Of a DNA stretch of 64,000 nt, positions 11,564-24,300 are shown in pieces. The DNA comes from Vairimorpha necatrix (lineage: Eukaryota). The first letter of the stretch is position 1. Each line of letters starts with the position of its first letter. Where the stretch lies: assembly GCA_036630325.1 (NCBI GenBank), contig CP142730.1:434001-498000 (forward strand). The letters run 5' to 3'. A model generated the notes under the pieces. The model was not told the origin of the DNA, did not search any database, and saw only the letters and a list, made by a program, of their open reading frames with translations. The translations under genes were made by a program, and so were the position numbers.

Positions 11564-13788
11564 TTAATATTTGTATAATATTTCTACTAATTTATTATGC
11601 AAATCTATGGCCAAATCTCCCTCCAGTAAATATACTAATATGTCTTTGTATCCTATTTTTAAAATAATATCACAGATTTTATTATCATATTCGACATCTC
11701 TAACCCTCGAATTTACTATATTTTTAAAATTTTCCAACAATAAATTTTTTACTATATGGGTTTGCTGTTTTTTATTCATTGTTATCTTTTCTTTAATTTT
11801 ATCAGTAAAGGTATTTTTGATTTCATCTTCATATTCACTAATCAAATATTCAGATAATGCTTTTTCAAAATTTTCTACTAATTTATCTTCAAAATTTAAA
11901 ATTTTTGGTTTATATTTTTTTATAGAATATTTAAACAATTTTTTATAATTTTGTATCTGAGTTGACGAAATAATATTTCTAATAGCTATACTGACTTTTT
12001 GTTTTAATTCAAATTCCATTTCACTTATTTTATATTGTGTAATCTCCAACATATCTATATTTATTGTTTCGTTTAGTAATTTTTCATAACTTTCTCTACA
12101 TAATTTCTGTAAAACTGTTTCATAATTTTTTCTTGATTCCAACATTTCATTTTTGTCTTTTTCTTGTATTCTACTTATTAGTATATTTCTATCTAATTTT
12201 TTTATTAAATTTTTTGTATTCCTTTCTATTTCTTTTTTGTCGAAGCCCAGATTGTTCAAAAATCCATTTTTCATGAAAGTATATTCATTTCCATCTTGTA
12301 TTATATAAAAAACATCATCGTTTGTAAATAATGTCATCATTTTCAATAAAAAATTTTCAATGTTTTTGTTATATGTTTTAATATCAGTTATATGAGCATC
12401 TATAACATCATATATTTTTATTAAATCAATTGAGTTGTTGCCTTCTTCTGATATCAAGTTTCCAATGTTTATTAGAGTTTTAAATATTGGTTCATTGAGA
12501 GCCTCTGTTTTTTGAATGAACCTGTCTGCTTCTAAAAACAAACAACCTTTCATGATAAAACTACAGATATCGAATCTTTCCGAAAGAGCTTTTATTAGTT
12601 TTTCCACTAAATATATATTACTTTCATTGTTTTCAGAAAACTCTCTTTTTCTTATTATCATATTTTTTTCGTCTCTGGTAATCTCCCCCAAATATTCACC
12701 TAGGTGAGCAATCAATATATTAAGTACTGTGCCAGGTTTGTCTAAAATCATATTTAGCAGGAATTCAAATCTGTTATTTACTTTTAATAAATGGTAAAAT
12801 AATTCGAAACCAGGAAACTTATTTTTTACCACTAAATAAAAAAATTGAAAAATCATTTTAAATTTGTCAAAACATTTTTGATCGATAAATTCGTGATTTT
12901 CTTTGGAGTTTGCATTTTTTCCGACCAAATAAGAATTAGAACTAGTGTAACTAGAAAATGTTATTTTTCCATTTCCGATCGTGATCTTGAAATCGTCGTA
13001 GTTAATTTCGTTTTCATTAAAAACCTCTACAATGTCTTCGTCATCAAAAAAATCTACAATCGTATCAAGGTTCACATTGGTGTATAATTTTTGCACATTA
13101 TTGAATATTATACCATCAAAATTGTCTGGGATTGGATGTATTTCAAAGTACAACTTTTCGGCCTCATGTATACTGATATTGAAATCAAATCTACTATAAC
13201 CATATTTGCTATAAATATTCGAATGGATACAGTGCATATTATCTTTTTTTAAATAGGAAATTATTGGAATATAAATATTAGAATCACTTGCATCATTTTG
13301 TTTTTTAAATTTTATCATTAAGTGCTTCTCGTCATGATAAAAATTTTGTTCAAGAAAATGATCAAAAAATATTTCATTATTTTGATCTTTGATATATATT
13401 ACAAGATCTCTCATAATAGGATAGTTTAAAATATCTTCAAACGAGTACTTTAGTATTAAAGTGTCAATAAACAATATCATACTGTTATTTTGAATTTGTT
13501 TGTCAATCTCTTCAGCAATTAGCTTTACTGATTTTTCTCCACATTCAATTTCAAAAAAAAAAGCTAAATTTTTAAATTCGAAAATGCACATTCTAAATAT
13601 ATATCACAATTTATAACATGATCTCCGTCAATGTAATTAATTGATACACTCCAATAACGTTTACTATTATCAAAGATTATATATTTTTTGTTCCTTATTA
13701 AATTATTTAAATAATGACTTAAGTTATCATAACCGAGGTTTGTAGTTGTAACAAATAAAATTGTAAAAAATAAATTCATATAATTCAT
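11564..13788 (-). CDS. Lineage-specific ~741-aa protein (family B), split by a 1-nt homopolymer frameshift
   Basis: ORFs 13564-13788 plus 11564-13591 together match the intact 741-aa ORF at 45482-47707. There is T5 at 13569-13573 versus T6 in copy 2. AACCCC-AT-ATG start. Confidence 0.8.
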
Positions 13789-15241
13789 ATGGGGTTAATT
13801 TTTTAATAATAATATTTGTCGGTTATCTTGTGTCATACTATAAGCCTTATTTCCTATATTGATGGATGACGCGCCATAGAATGAATTGTATAGTATTTAG
13901 TCAACGTATATATAAGGCTATGTTCAGAAATAACAAAATTTTAATTTGATACGGAAACATCTTTTAAGTCGACCGTTTGTCTGCAATTGTGTGATGCATT
14001 TGAGTACAATACATAGACAGATGTCATGCATATCACCTGTCACACGTGTTCAAAAACATGTTAATCATTTCAAGCGACCCATCAATATGAGTCACACAAA
14101 GAAAGAAACAAACAAACGAAAGTTGTATAGTTGTAACTGCTTTCGTAAATACGCCAATATTTGTAGTTTAGTATGACAGCAAATAAAAAGTTAAAAATGA
14201 AATATAAAAGAAAGGCTGTCTTCGAAGGGTATGGAATATATGAGAAAGAAAATTACCAACAATAAAAGAATCAAATGTAAAAGCTATTTCGAAAAATACT
14301 TTAAAATGGCTATATCGCCGAAAACATGACAAATTGCATCAAAAAGAATTGAAGATCTTAGAACGGTGATATTTTTTAACCGACAATGAGGTTATATTAG
14401 TTGCTATTACGCTTTCAATTAAATTTTAAGAACTGAAAGCTCCGTCCGTAAAACGAACTTTGGATTCAGCAAAATTGATACTATCTATATCGCGCCGAGT
14501 GGATTTCCCCCAGACAGCAAATTATATCTTTAGGGGAGGCATCATCTGAAAACTATGAAAGGCCCATATTATCATCCGCATCCTGCTCTTAGTCATTTTC
14601 ACATCTAGCCACCAACCGAATTTTATGTTTTGCGTTGACTTATTTTTTTTCAATAGCATTGCCGCCTTAGCTAAAAGAATATAGATGGGCATTCACAAAC
14701 TTTTCCTACATCGTAAAGTTTTTTTTAGTGTACCGAAGGATCACGCTTTTAGGACATAAACAGGGTTTTTTTTATTGTCCATATAGTATTTTATGGAGTT
14801 TGAAATAACAATAAAATTACAACATCCTTGCTAAAAGTACGTTTTATTATAAAACTAATTTTTTGAGAACCACATTTCTAAATAATCGGTTTTTATTGAC
14901 AGAATAAATTAAACATTTGAACAAATGTAAAATTTTTAGTAGTACAAAAACAAATGCCCCTCGAGAAACGCGAACTCGATTTCTTTTGCATAAAAAACCG
15001 CTTCCGAGTACTAAAATAGGACATTCTTGGCGATCCCGTAATTTATAGACGTTATGGAATTTATTGACACTTAGCACCGAGACCTTTGAGTGAAACATAT
15101 GACGAAGATTAATCTGTCGTACATAAGGATAAATTCTATTTCTAAGAAATGTGCATCATTATAGACTTTGTAAATTTTTTTAAAAAAAAAGTAGCAGAAC
15201 CTAAGATTACATAGAAAAAGATATAGATCAGATAAAATAAA

Positions 15242-16009
15242 TTTTTTTTGCAAGTAAGTGTTAAAAATCTCTTATTGGCCTAGATGAATTGGATGTGATC
15301 CTTTTCCAATTGTACTGTTAAATTATTACTTACTTAAACTCCACCATATTACATACCGATGCAGCAATCTCCGCCTTGCCCATTGAACTTGGCTCCAAAA
15401 GTCATTTTTCTATTTATACCTTTAATCGCGTTTAAGTGACCTCACGGCTGATATACCTAACAGGCATGGTTTTTTAAGCCCGAGGAGTGACAACATTATG
15501 CTAACTCATAGGTCTCAAAGAACATCTGTTTCGCACACTAGGGGTGTACAATCATTACAAAACAAGCCAGGTATTCTCAATAGCTGCCGACCTTAGTTCC
15601 TCCCACTAGATTCGTTTGCCGGATCACATACCCTGTAGAACAAGGTCCAAAAGGACTTCTGTTGCTTTACTTCGTCTAGTCTTTAGTTAGCTTTAATATC
15701 ACACTCTAGAGTGCACCTGCCATGGGCTTCAATGAGGCCATATCCACCAGATACTTTCATGTATTATAAAGCCACTTCTAAAAGTTAGTGCTTCTGGCAT
15801 TAAGTCTGTTCCTATACCAGACACCAATTCACTTATTTCTGGGCCCATACAGGTTTCATTGAATCAACTTAATGATTTTGTAGACATTTTCATCCTCTGA
15901 GTTGATCCGACTGCATCATTGAAAGTAGAAAAAAATTTTGGTAGCCCTGACATTCGAACTTAGCATTGTATAATTATAGCGTCGCCTTCTACATCTATGC
16001 TAAAAACTA
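15242..16009 (-). mobile_element. tRNA-headed SINE-like element, subfamily 1
   Basis: The reverse complement aligns end to end with 16535-17310. Degenerate tRNA head with GTTCGAAT box B and an A8 tail at 15242-15249. Confidence 0.65.
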
Positions 16010-16534
16010 TTTTGAAGTTTTTTGTTAATTGTGATTTTTATGAAGATTGATCACCGCAATTTTCTTTCATAATGTTGTAATGGTAAGATCCAAAAACGAA
16101 TAAATATTTGACTATTGCAATAGACCGAGCAAATGTTCTATTTTAAATTGGGGAAATTAATAAAAAAAAATTTCCTGTATTTATAACACCACAATTTTTG
16201 CATTTAAGAATTATGTCAATACTTTTAAAACACATAGAAAAAAAATCTTTTTGTTAGTGTATTGACACATTGGTCGCTTACACTTGCAGTTTAATCATAC
16301 CTCTCTAAATATGTAATACTCTTTGGGCCCTCTGTATTTTTTCAAAATATATGATTATTTTTATGCTTTAAATACCTTGTAACGAGTATACAAGCATTTT
16401 TATTGGGCAATAACTAGATGTTTTCCAATGAGAATATATACTATGTAAAATAAATCAGTGTATCTATCCTCGAATAAAATAAAGTTTAATATAAAATACA
16501 CATGAATTTTTAGCTATCCCTCTATATTTGTATA

Positions 16535-17310
16535 GGTGCCCTTAGCTCAGTGGTGAAGGCGATGATTCCATTGAGCAACGGCTGGGTTCGATTCCCGTGG
16601 CAATAAAATAGTTTCTACTTTCTATGATGCAGTTGGAACAACTCAGATGATGAAAATCTCCACGATAATCATTAATTGATTCATTGAAACTTGTGTGTGT
16701 CCAGCCACAAGGGGATTAGCTGCTATTTAGAAACGCACCTAAAGGCCAAAAAAATAGTATCACCCCCTTGGTGATTTAATGATACATAAAAGTATCTAAT
16801 GGGTACGGCCTAGTTGGAGCCCATGTCTGGTGCACTCTAGAGTGGGATCCTAGAGCCAACTAAGAGAAAAGACGAAGTTAAGCAACAGAAGTCCTTTTGG
16901 ACCTTGTTCTACGGGGTATGTGATCCGGTGGACGAATCTAGTGGCAGAGACTAAGGTCGACAACCAATGAAAATACCGGGCTGGTTATGTTGTGATTGTA
17001 CACCCCCTGTGTGCTAAACAGATGAAAGTAGGGACCTTTGAGTCAGTACGATGATGTCTCTCCTCGGGTTATAGATAACCATGCCAATAAGTATATCTGC
17101 TGTGAGGTTATTTTGGTGCAATTTGAGGTATTAATAGACAATGTTCTTTAATATCCAAATTTCAATAATATAAGAAAAGGGTTCTGCGCTTAAAAGTAAT
17201 TTAATAGGAGTTTAAGTGAGTAAGAATTTAAGTAGCAGTTGAATGAGGATTAATTTTGAATCCCTCTAGTCCCTACGTAACTGATATTTTCAACTTTAAT
17301 TATAAAAAAA
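16535..17310 (+). mobile_element. tRNA-headed SINE-like element, subfamily 2
   Basis: Box A TAGCTCAGTGG (16543) and box B GGTTCGATTCC (16585), followed by a ~700-bp non-coding body and an A7 tail. Confidence 0.72.
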
Positions 17311-17763
17311 TATGACAAAACGCGCCGAACAAAAAGTATTTTCTCAATAAATTTTTTTTTTAATTAGCATGGTAAAATAAAATGCAAATATTTTTTTCAC
17401 AAAAAGCATTATGTGAATACTAAAACAATTTTCTATCAACGAGTCAACTATTGAACATGTATTAGATAATTCATAAGTTATATGATTTAACCTCACTTCT
17501 AAGTTTGTTCATAAATTTTTTTCATTTAACACAAAATTATTTGTGGCTAATTTAAGAAAGAAAGCTGATTTTGTATAGATGCCTTCTTTTTTGTTGTGTA
17601 ATTGCTTTGTCTAGTGATCTGGGAGAGATAATATAAGATACTTGATGTGCTAGAAAAAAAGCAAATACGATGTCTCGTTGAAGTTATACTAAGGGGGTTT
17701 TGTATCTGTCCTGTATTTAAAAGAGTTTATAATTTTAAAAATTGTGATGAAGTGGCCTAATCA

Positions 17764-18293
17764 TAGTAGAAAATGTCAACCACATCGTCTGTCAATAGTT
17801 TTATCACTGACGACGCGGCTACTCAACATTTAAACAAAATAGTACTTTAGAAATGTGTTTATAATTGTAAAGTCATTAATAGTTAGTAAGTGTTCATAAA
17901 AATTTAATATAAAAAGAAGTTAATGTAAAGGGTTGGAATACAAAAGCGACAAAGAAGCCATCAATAAAAATCATAATATAGATGGTTATTCAGAAAAATA
18001 TTATAAAAATAGTATCGTTCCCATAATACAGGACAATAATATTTTTCTGAATAACCATAAATATTATAATTTTTATTGATGGCTTCCTTGTCGCTTTTGC
18101 ATTCCACCCCCTACAACAAACTTCTTTTTATATTTTATTTTTAATTTAATTATTTGCATAAGACTTATTAACTATTAATGACTTTACAATTATAAACACA
18201 TTTCTAAAGTACTATTTTGTTTGCTTGTTGACGCGCCGAGTCGTCATTGATGAAACTTTTGACAGATGATGTGGTTGACATCTTTTATTACTA
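17764..18293. repeat. Long imperfect inverted repeat (~240-bp arms, 31-nt spacer)
   Basis: TGTCAACCACATC...GGTTATTCAGAAAAATATTAT, spacer 18005-18035, then ATAATATTTTTCTGAATAACC...GATGTGGTTGACA. Confidence 0.93.
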
Positions 18294-20772
18294 ATTATTA
18301 ACGATATTAGACGAAATCAAAAAAACAAGTAATGCAGTATAAGGATGCGTAATCTAAGAGCAATGACAATAAGGCTTTATCAATAAACGTATGCATGCTT
18401 AATATGTCATTTAAGCCATCTTCAAAAATATTTGGACTATGTAGCATCCTGAGCGCGCTAGATCTTAAAATAATTCCTTTTGCAAAGTCTGATGTTCATC
18501 GAAATCTTCAACATAAACAACTTCAGAAAGTAGCTGTTTTTTGTTTAAAATCTGTAAAGCAATAGCAGAAAAGAATCATAGATTTGAGTCTTCTTATTTT
18601 ATATGTAAAGTGTTCCGCCTGCTTTCCTATATATTCAAATATTAGTATGTTAATATTATTGGTTTAATACAAATTAATTTAAAATTCGTCAGGAAAAAAA
18701 CCAGTTATAAAAAAAGTTATTATCTAATTATAAAGATAAAAATACATGTATTAGAATTAATTATTGTGTTTTTATTTACATATAATCACGCAATGAATAA
18801 TAAAATTGATTTCAAAATGTAAACACATGTTTCTACATAAATCAAGAATTTTCAATACAGCAATATCTACAGTACTTTTTTTGCATTTGAGTTTAATACT
18901 ATAATATAATTTTGTTATCTTATAAACTTATATGTGGTTCAATGTTTTAAAGACATAAATCATGGAATTAAGATTATAATTACTGCTATTTCTTTATAAA
19001 GCACAAAACATGATTTTCTTAATATATTTTGGTAAATACAAAACTTTTATATATGAATCGCAATAGTATTGCGGTAGAATAAGAGTTGTTTTTTTGCTTC
19101 AGTGCATATATTTTATCCTGATAGAGCTAATATTTAGTCATATTACTTAATGCAACCACTATAGCTGTGGGGGAAACATGGCTTATGTGATCGTGTCGAT
19201 TGCCTATATAAATATTTGATTATAAATTATTATAAAATTTAAAAATAGCCTTAATGATTTGCTAAAAAACTATGTTGTCTGTAAAAGCACTTATTGTTCA
19301 CATTTAAGACTTATAAAACACATCTAAAAATATTGTAAGAACAATTAAGAAAGGAGAACACTACAAAATTCTATTTTTAATAAATAATTAGAGGCTAACA
19401 CAATTTTATTTTTTAATTTCCTTTAAATACTAGTAAAAATTTTATTCGATCGCATACTATCGTTTTTTAGGTCTTGTTCGTCAGATATGGGTAAATGTAT
19501 ATAAATTTATAATATTAATGCTACCAATGCATTACACTGATGCGCAAATGAATGGCTGGAAAAATCTAAATCTTGTTATTTGTTTATATAGATTAACAAT
19601 ATGTTGATTGCTAATAGAAGGATTTCACTGTGCTAATATGTTATAGTTTAACATAAAATGAACTATCCGAGATCTTTAAGATTAAAATTACATCTAGCCA
19701 CGCGAAATTAGCAAATATACAATCTTAGAAGGTTTTTATGCAGAATTAATTTTCAATATAATAATGTAAGTACACAAAAATAGTATTGACACAAATTATG
19801 TGATGATTGCTAATGAGGTAATAAGTTAAGAATTAACAATATATACATATATGGTATAAATATGAAAAAATATGTTCTTTTTCGTCTATATATAAAATGA
19901 TGTGATTATAAATGTTTTAATCACCAAAGAAAGGTCAATATTCAATCATAAAAATTTTATTAAATGTGTAACATCAAAGAAAAGTTTTTTAATAACTCTT
20001 TATTAAACAAATCGCGAAATTTAGAGGGATGAGTATTGAGAAAATAAGAGCCAAATCATTTACTAAAAGACAGAATCTAGTAAGGCTTAAGCTAAAGGCT
20101 TAGTATTTTATTGATTTTTTATTTTCTATTTTATTATATAGCCCAAATGATAGGCAATTTATTCGCTCATAGCATTTACTAAAAAATTTAGAAGGTATGG
20201 TGATTCTAGGTATTAAACAATTAGTCTATCAATTGCTGAAATATTATAAAATCATTTCATTTTATTTATTTTTGTCGTTGCTTTAATTGTTTGTAGCTTT
20301 TTGTCATGTTTGTTGTTTTTTTATTGTATAAAAAATTAATAGTATGACAACATTTTCGCATAGCATAATATCAAATAATCGAAGTAAATTTTCAACCTTT
20401 GAAAATAAACAAAGAACATTGCGCTACATTAATAACTAATTTATATTTTTTATAATTAGCAATTTCTTTAAATTATTAAGAAAAGTTGTAAATACTACTC
20501 TAAGATTTAAATTAAAATTTTGATTTTAACCTCCGTCATACATATCTACAAACTAGATATGGCCCGTGTTTGAGTTTTTCCATTTTAAATTTTTATATTT
20601 TTTGTTTGTTTTTTAATTTATAATATTTGTAATATTAAAAAACGAATATTTTTTGCACGATCGCAAATAACTTCAATTTAAATATTCGTATTTATGTCAT
20701 AAAGGCATCAAATTTACCAAAATTTAATTAATTTTAATCTTATAAAAGAAAAGAAAAAACCAACCCCATCGG

Positions 20773-21340
20773 ATGTTTTCTTATTTAGAGTTTTTATTTA
20801 CATACAAGAAAAATCCGCTGCTAACAGTGTAAACAACTCAGATAAACCTTTACAAGAAAATATCGTTGAATTGCATGAATATGAAAATTCTCACATCTAA
20901 GGGAATAATGGGAAAATAATGATAATTTTTACAGTTTTTTAGATGAAATGAGATTTCCAAAAAATCCAACCTGGTTGGCCAAAAGCACCTAACTGAGGAA
21001 TATGAAATTCTACAAGAAGATTTAGATTTTCAAATATTTTAAAAAGCTCTTCTTAACAATTCTGATTAAGTAGAACATCATGCCAAAGGAAAAGTTGTTT
21101 GTATATTCTCTTGCTAATCAGCTTAAAAAATTGTGTAAAGCCGCCTTATAAATTGATTTTTGAGAGAAAAAAAGAAATTCTGAAGGTATTAAACGATCTG
21201 TAAATACATTAGTTGCTAGTAAATAAGACAAAGAAATCAATTTATCAGATGTTCAAGAAAACAAAGAACAATGTAAAAGAACAAATTAATGATATAATCA
21301 ATACAATTTGTATCATCATAAAAAATAAATTTATCCTTTT
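20773..21340 (+). pseudogene. Diverged paralogue of family A, pseudogene
   Basis: CCCC-ATCGG-ATG start. Fragments FLDEMRFPK..WPK..EEYEILQEDLDFQIF align with the 5136 ORF motif. Multiple stops and frameshifts. Confidence 0.6.
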
Positions 21341-24300
21341 AACTATACGCGTCATTTATACTCGCATGTTGTTGAAACAATTTCTCATCTTAATTGTCTC
21401 GTGTTCTATTTATTTCATATGTTCATTGGTTTGCCCTACTTCAGCAATATCCTCTGATGTTCATCGAAATTACCTTTTGAGGGATTCGTAGTTATTGGGA
21501 ATATTAGACTATATATTAATAGCTTTTAAAATAGGTAAATTTTAATGTTTATGAAGAAAGTCGTAATTTTTTAGTTTTGTCTATATTAATCTAGGTTTTA
21601 CTATTGAATATTGCAAAATCTTATTAAATAAATGTGGCATTTAAATAAATTAAATGAATTATATTATAATAGATTTATTATTTGATTCATAGACCAAAGC
21701 TTTAAGACTTAAATATATATATGTTTTTAATTTTTTTTTGTCTAAAACACTCTTCTGCTTTAAAAATTCTAAAAAATGTATGATTCTGAATTTTTACTAG
21801 CATAATTACAGCTTTTGTTCATTATTAGCTTTAAGGACAACATATTGTTGCAATAGTAACCAGATTAAGTCCTATGGGGACAAACATTACAGATTTTATT
21901 ACATAACAAGTCGTAGCGATGATTCATGCTCCTTTAGTGGGGATGGTTTTTTTTTGATGTAGTCCTGGACCTTGAGAGCGAATTTAGACAGAATGGACTT
22001 GATATAAAAAGGATTTAGTAATTTTTTACTTAGATGCTTAAATATGACTCATAAAGGTTCTGTATAGTTGTATCGTGTTGACATCAAATTATAATGTATG
22101 CTTGCCATTTTAAAACAATTTACAGTTCGTCTTTCGAAAAAAAATAAGACATGATTTATTATCATAAATTGCATATCAATTGCTTCTAACCCTTAATTTT
22201 TACTAGATAATTTTTCTGCAGAACTAGCACAACAGTCGAACGTAATTTTATCCATATAAAAAAAAAAAACTAAAAAACAAATATTGTTAGCAAAGAAAAG
22301 CCACCCAGCAAATAAAAACTTCAACAGCCAATAACTTGTGATACACTTTAGCATACCATAAAGGCCTTGCTTGTAGGAGAAAAATGTCCCTTAGGATTAG
22401 AACCACAAACATTTCTGTCTGTGACCTGCGTTCAGCAGGATTCTAAGAGAATAACACGTCTGACCCACTCGTCAGTCAAGAACCTAACTAGTTCAACGTA
22501 AATGCTACGGCACCAGCAGCTTGCCATACCTCCCCCGGGTAAAAGTGTGTTTTTTTTCTTCTAGATTTCTCTAGATCTGTTCTGGCTTACAAGCCTTTCC
22601 TTTTCTCGTATAACGATATATCGTTGTACAATCATCTTGTCTAAGAACTCTACTCTTACAAGTAGAAACTTACTTTTATCAAAACAAGCTTTTATGTCAT
22701 TGATGTTACCAATAATCATCTTAACTAGCTCCTCTTTTGTTTGAGTTAAAGATCTCAACTCAGATATTTTATCCTCATATAGAGATTTTGTGTTAGAGAG
22801 CGTCGGACAGTCTAACAAGAAGTGTTCAAGGTCTTCTCGTTGTCCCTCACATAGGAAACAGTGAGTCCTATAAAAGAAGGAGGGATTCTGTTGGCATTGG
22901 CCGAAGCAGAAGACCATCTGGCTAAATTACACCGAAGCCTTGTAATTCCCGATCTGCTTATTGTTTACTTTTGATAGTATGTACTTAATCTGCGAGTCAC
23001 AGATTCCATACTTATCTGCTATTAGAGCACCTAAGGTGGTGTTGTAGAACCCCTTGCCTCAAGTATCTCTAAAATCTTGTTCTTGCCTATAATGTAGGCA
23101 ATGCTTTCATAATAATTCCTGATATATCTTTTACACCAAAGCCTAGTCCTCGAACTCCACGTTGTTTTCCTTTCCCTCGGAGGTTAATTAATAAATTCCG
23201 AGATAATAATTTTATTGTGTTTCCACTTCTTTAATGCCCTAAATCTACTTAGGGCCGCCTGTATGTGAACTCTATTCATACAGAGTTCGTCCATTATCCT
23301 ATCTAATGGCACTATTTTTGTTCGAAATATCATTCGGATCGCTTTTCTTAGGATTCATTTGATCTTACCAGACCTTATACTAGACATCCTTCATATTTCA
23401 TTTCCGTACATTAGTGAGGAAAATAGCACATTTTTTATTAATATATCTTAAAAGCATTATTAATGCCTTTATTTAGAAGCTTTGGTTCCAAGACTTCTAA
23501 AGCTTTTTTGCCTCTGAAGGCTCCATCTCTTACTAAGTGTTCTTCTAAAGTAGATCTTTTTATAAGAACTCCCAAATACCTGTATTCGGCGACTTCACCG
23601 ATTTTCCAAAGTCAGTCCTGATAACGACATCTACCGACTCGGATCTATTATTGGCATCCCATACTAAGATACCACTTTTGTCACAGTTGATCTTCATACG
23701 ATTCTCAACTGCTCATCTGCTGATTTGACAAAGTTTGTGTTTCAAATCAGCAAGAGTATTGCCTAGAACTACGATGTCATCTGCAAACATCAGTCCGGGC
23801 AGGCTTATATTTGAGCGAGGAATGCTCACTCCCGTTATGCCGTCAAAAATATCATTTATGAATAGATTGAACAGCGTAGGAGAACAGGGGCACCCCGTCG
23901 CACACCTTTTTTGTAGAGATATCCACTACTTGTGTCTCCGTATATACGGATTCTAATCTTAGTATTTCCATAGATATCTTTCACTGTGTTTATAAGATAT
24001 CTTGGAATACTATACCTTTCTAGCTTATTAAATAGTAGCTCATGGCTAACATTGTCGTAAGCTTTTTTAAAGTCAATAAAACATAGAAATGTTTGTTGAC
24101 TTCGAAATTCTCTTCTTTTGACCACCCCCAGCAAATTTGCAATCTGATTCATACATTCTTCTCCTGCTCTAAATCCGGCTTGGAAAGGAGAAAGAATGTT
24201 CTTTTCTTCAACAAACTGTGTAAGTTTGTCGTTTACTATTTTTGAGTAAATTTTGCTTATTGTGTTAATTAGCGCAATTCCTCTATAGTTGTTGAGATCT

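Noticed and set aside
11571-13087. Plus-strand ORFs opposite the family B gene (also the antisense ORFs over the LINE and gypsy)
   Set aside because: They are antisense shadows of real coding sequence with no CCC start context or recognisable motifs.
13946-15253. Short ORFs or a transposase remnant upstream of the family B gene
   Set aside because: The ORFs are not conserved in copy 2 and no diagnostic motif could be read.
16535-16610. Functional tRNA gene
   Set aside because: Boxes A and B are present, but the anticodon arm does not form a proper stem and the sequence continues into a repeated ~700-bp body. It is better explained as a SINE head.
16640-16705. Hammerhead ribozyme (CAGATGA..GAAAC..GTC)
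   Set aside because: The core CUGANGA is not intact in any of the four copies, and stems I and III cannot be formed convincingly.
18330-18500. Protein-like minus-strand frame (DFAKGIILRSSALRMLHSPNIFEDG...) in the palindrome-headed unit
   Set aside because: The frame is broken by indels in the other two copies and no family was recognised.
18488-21470. 18-bp match TCTGATGTTCATCGAAAT at 18488 and 21453
   Set aside because: It is not retained in the homologous copies at about 52398 and 54328, so it is likely chance.
22455-22480. Hammerhead core CTGACGAG in the LINE 3' UTR (minus strand)
   Set aside because: The motif is sequestered in a CTGAC/GTCAG hairpin and no correctly placed GAAA follows.
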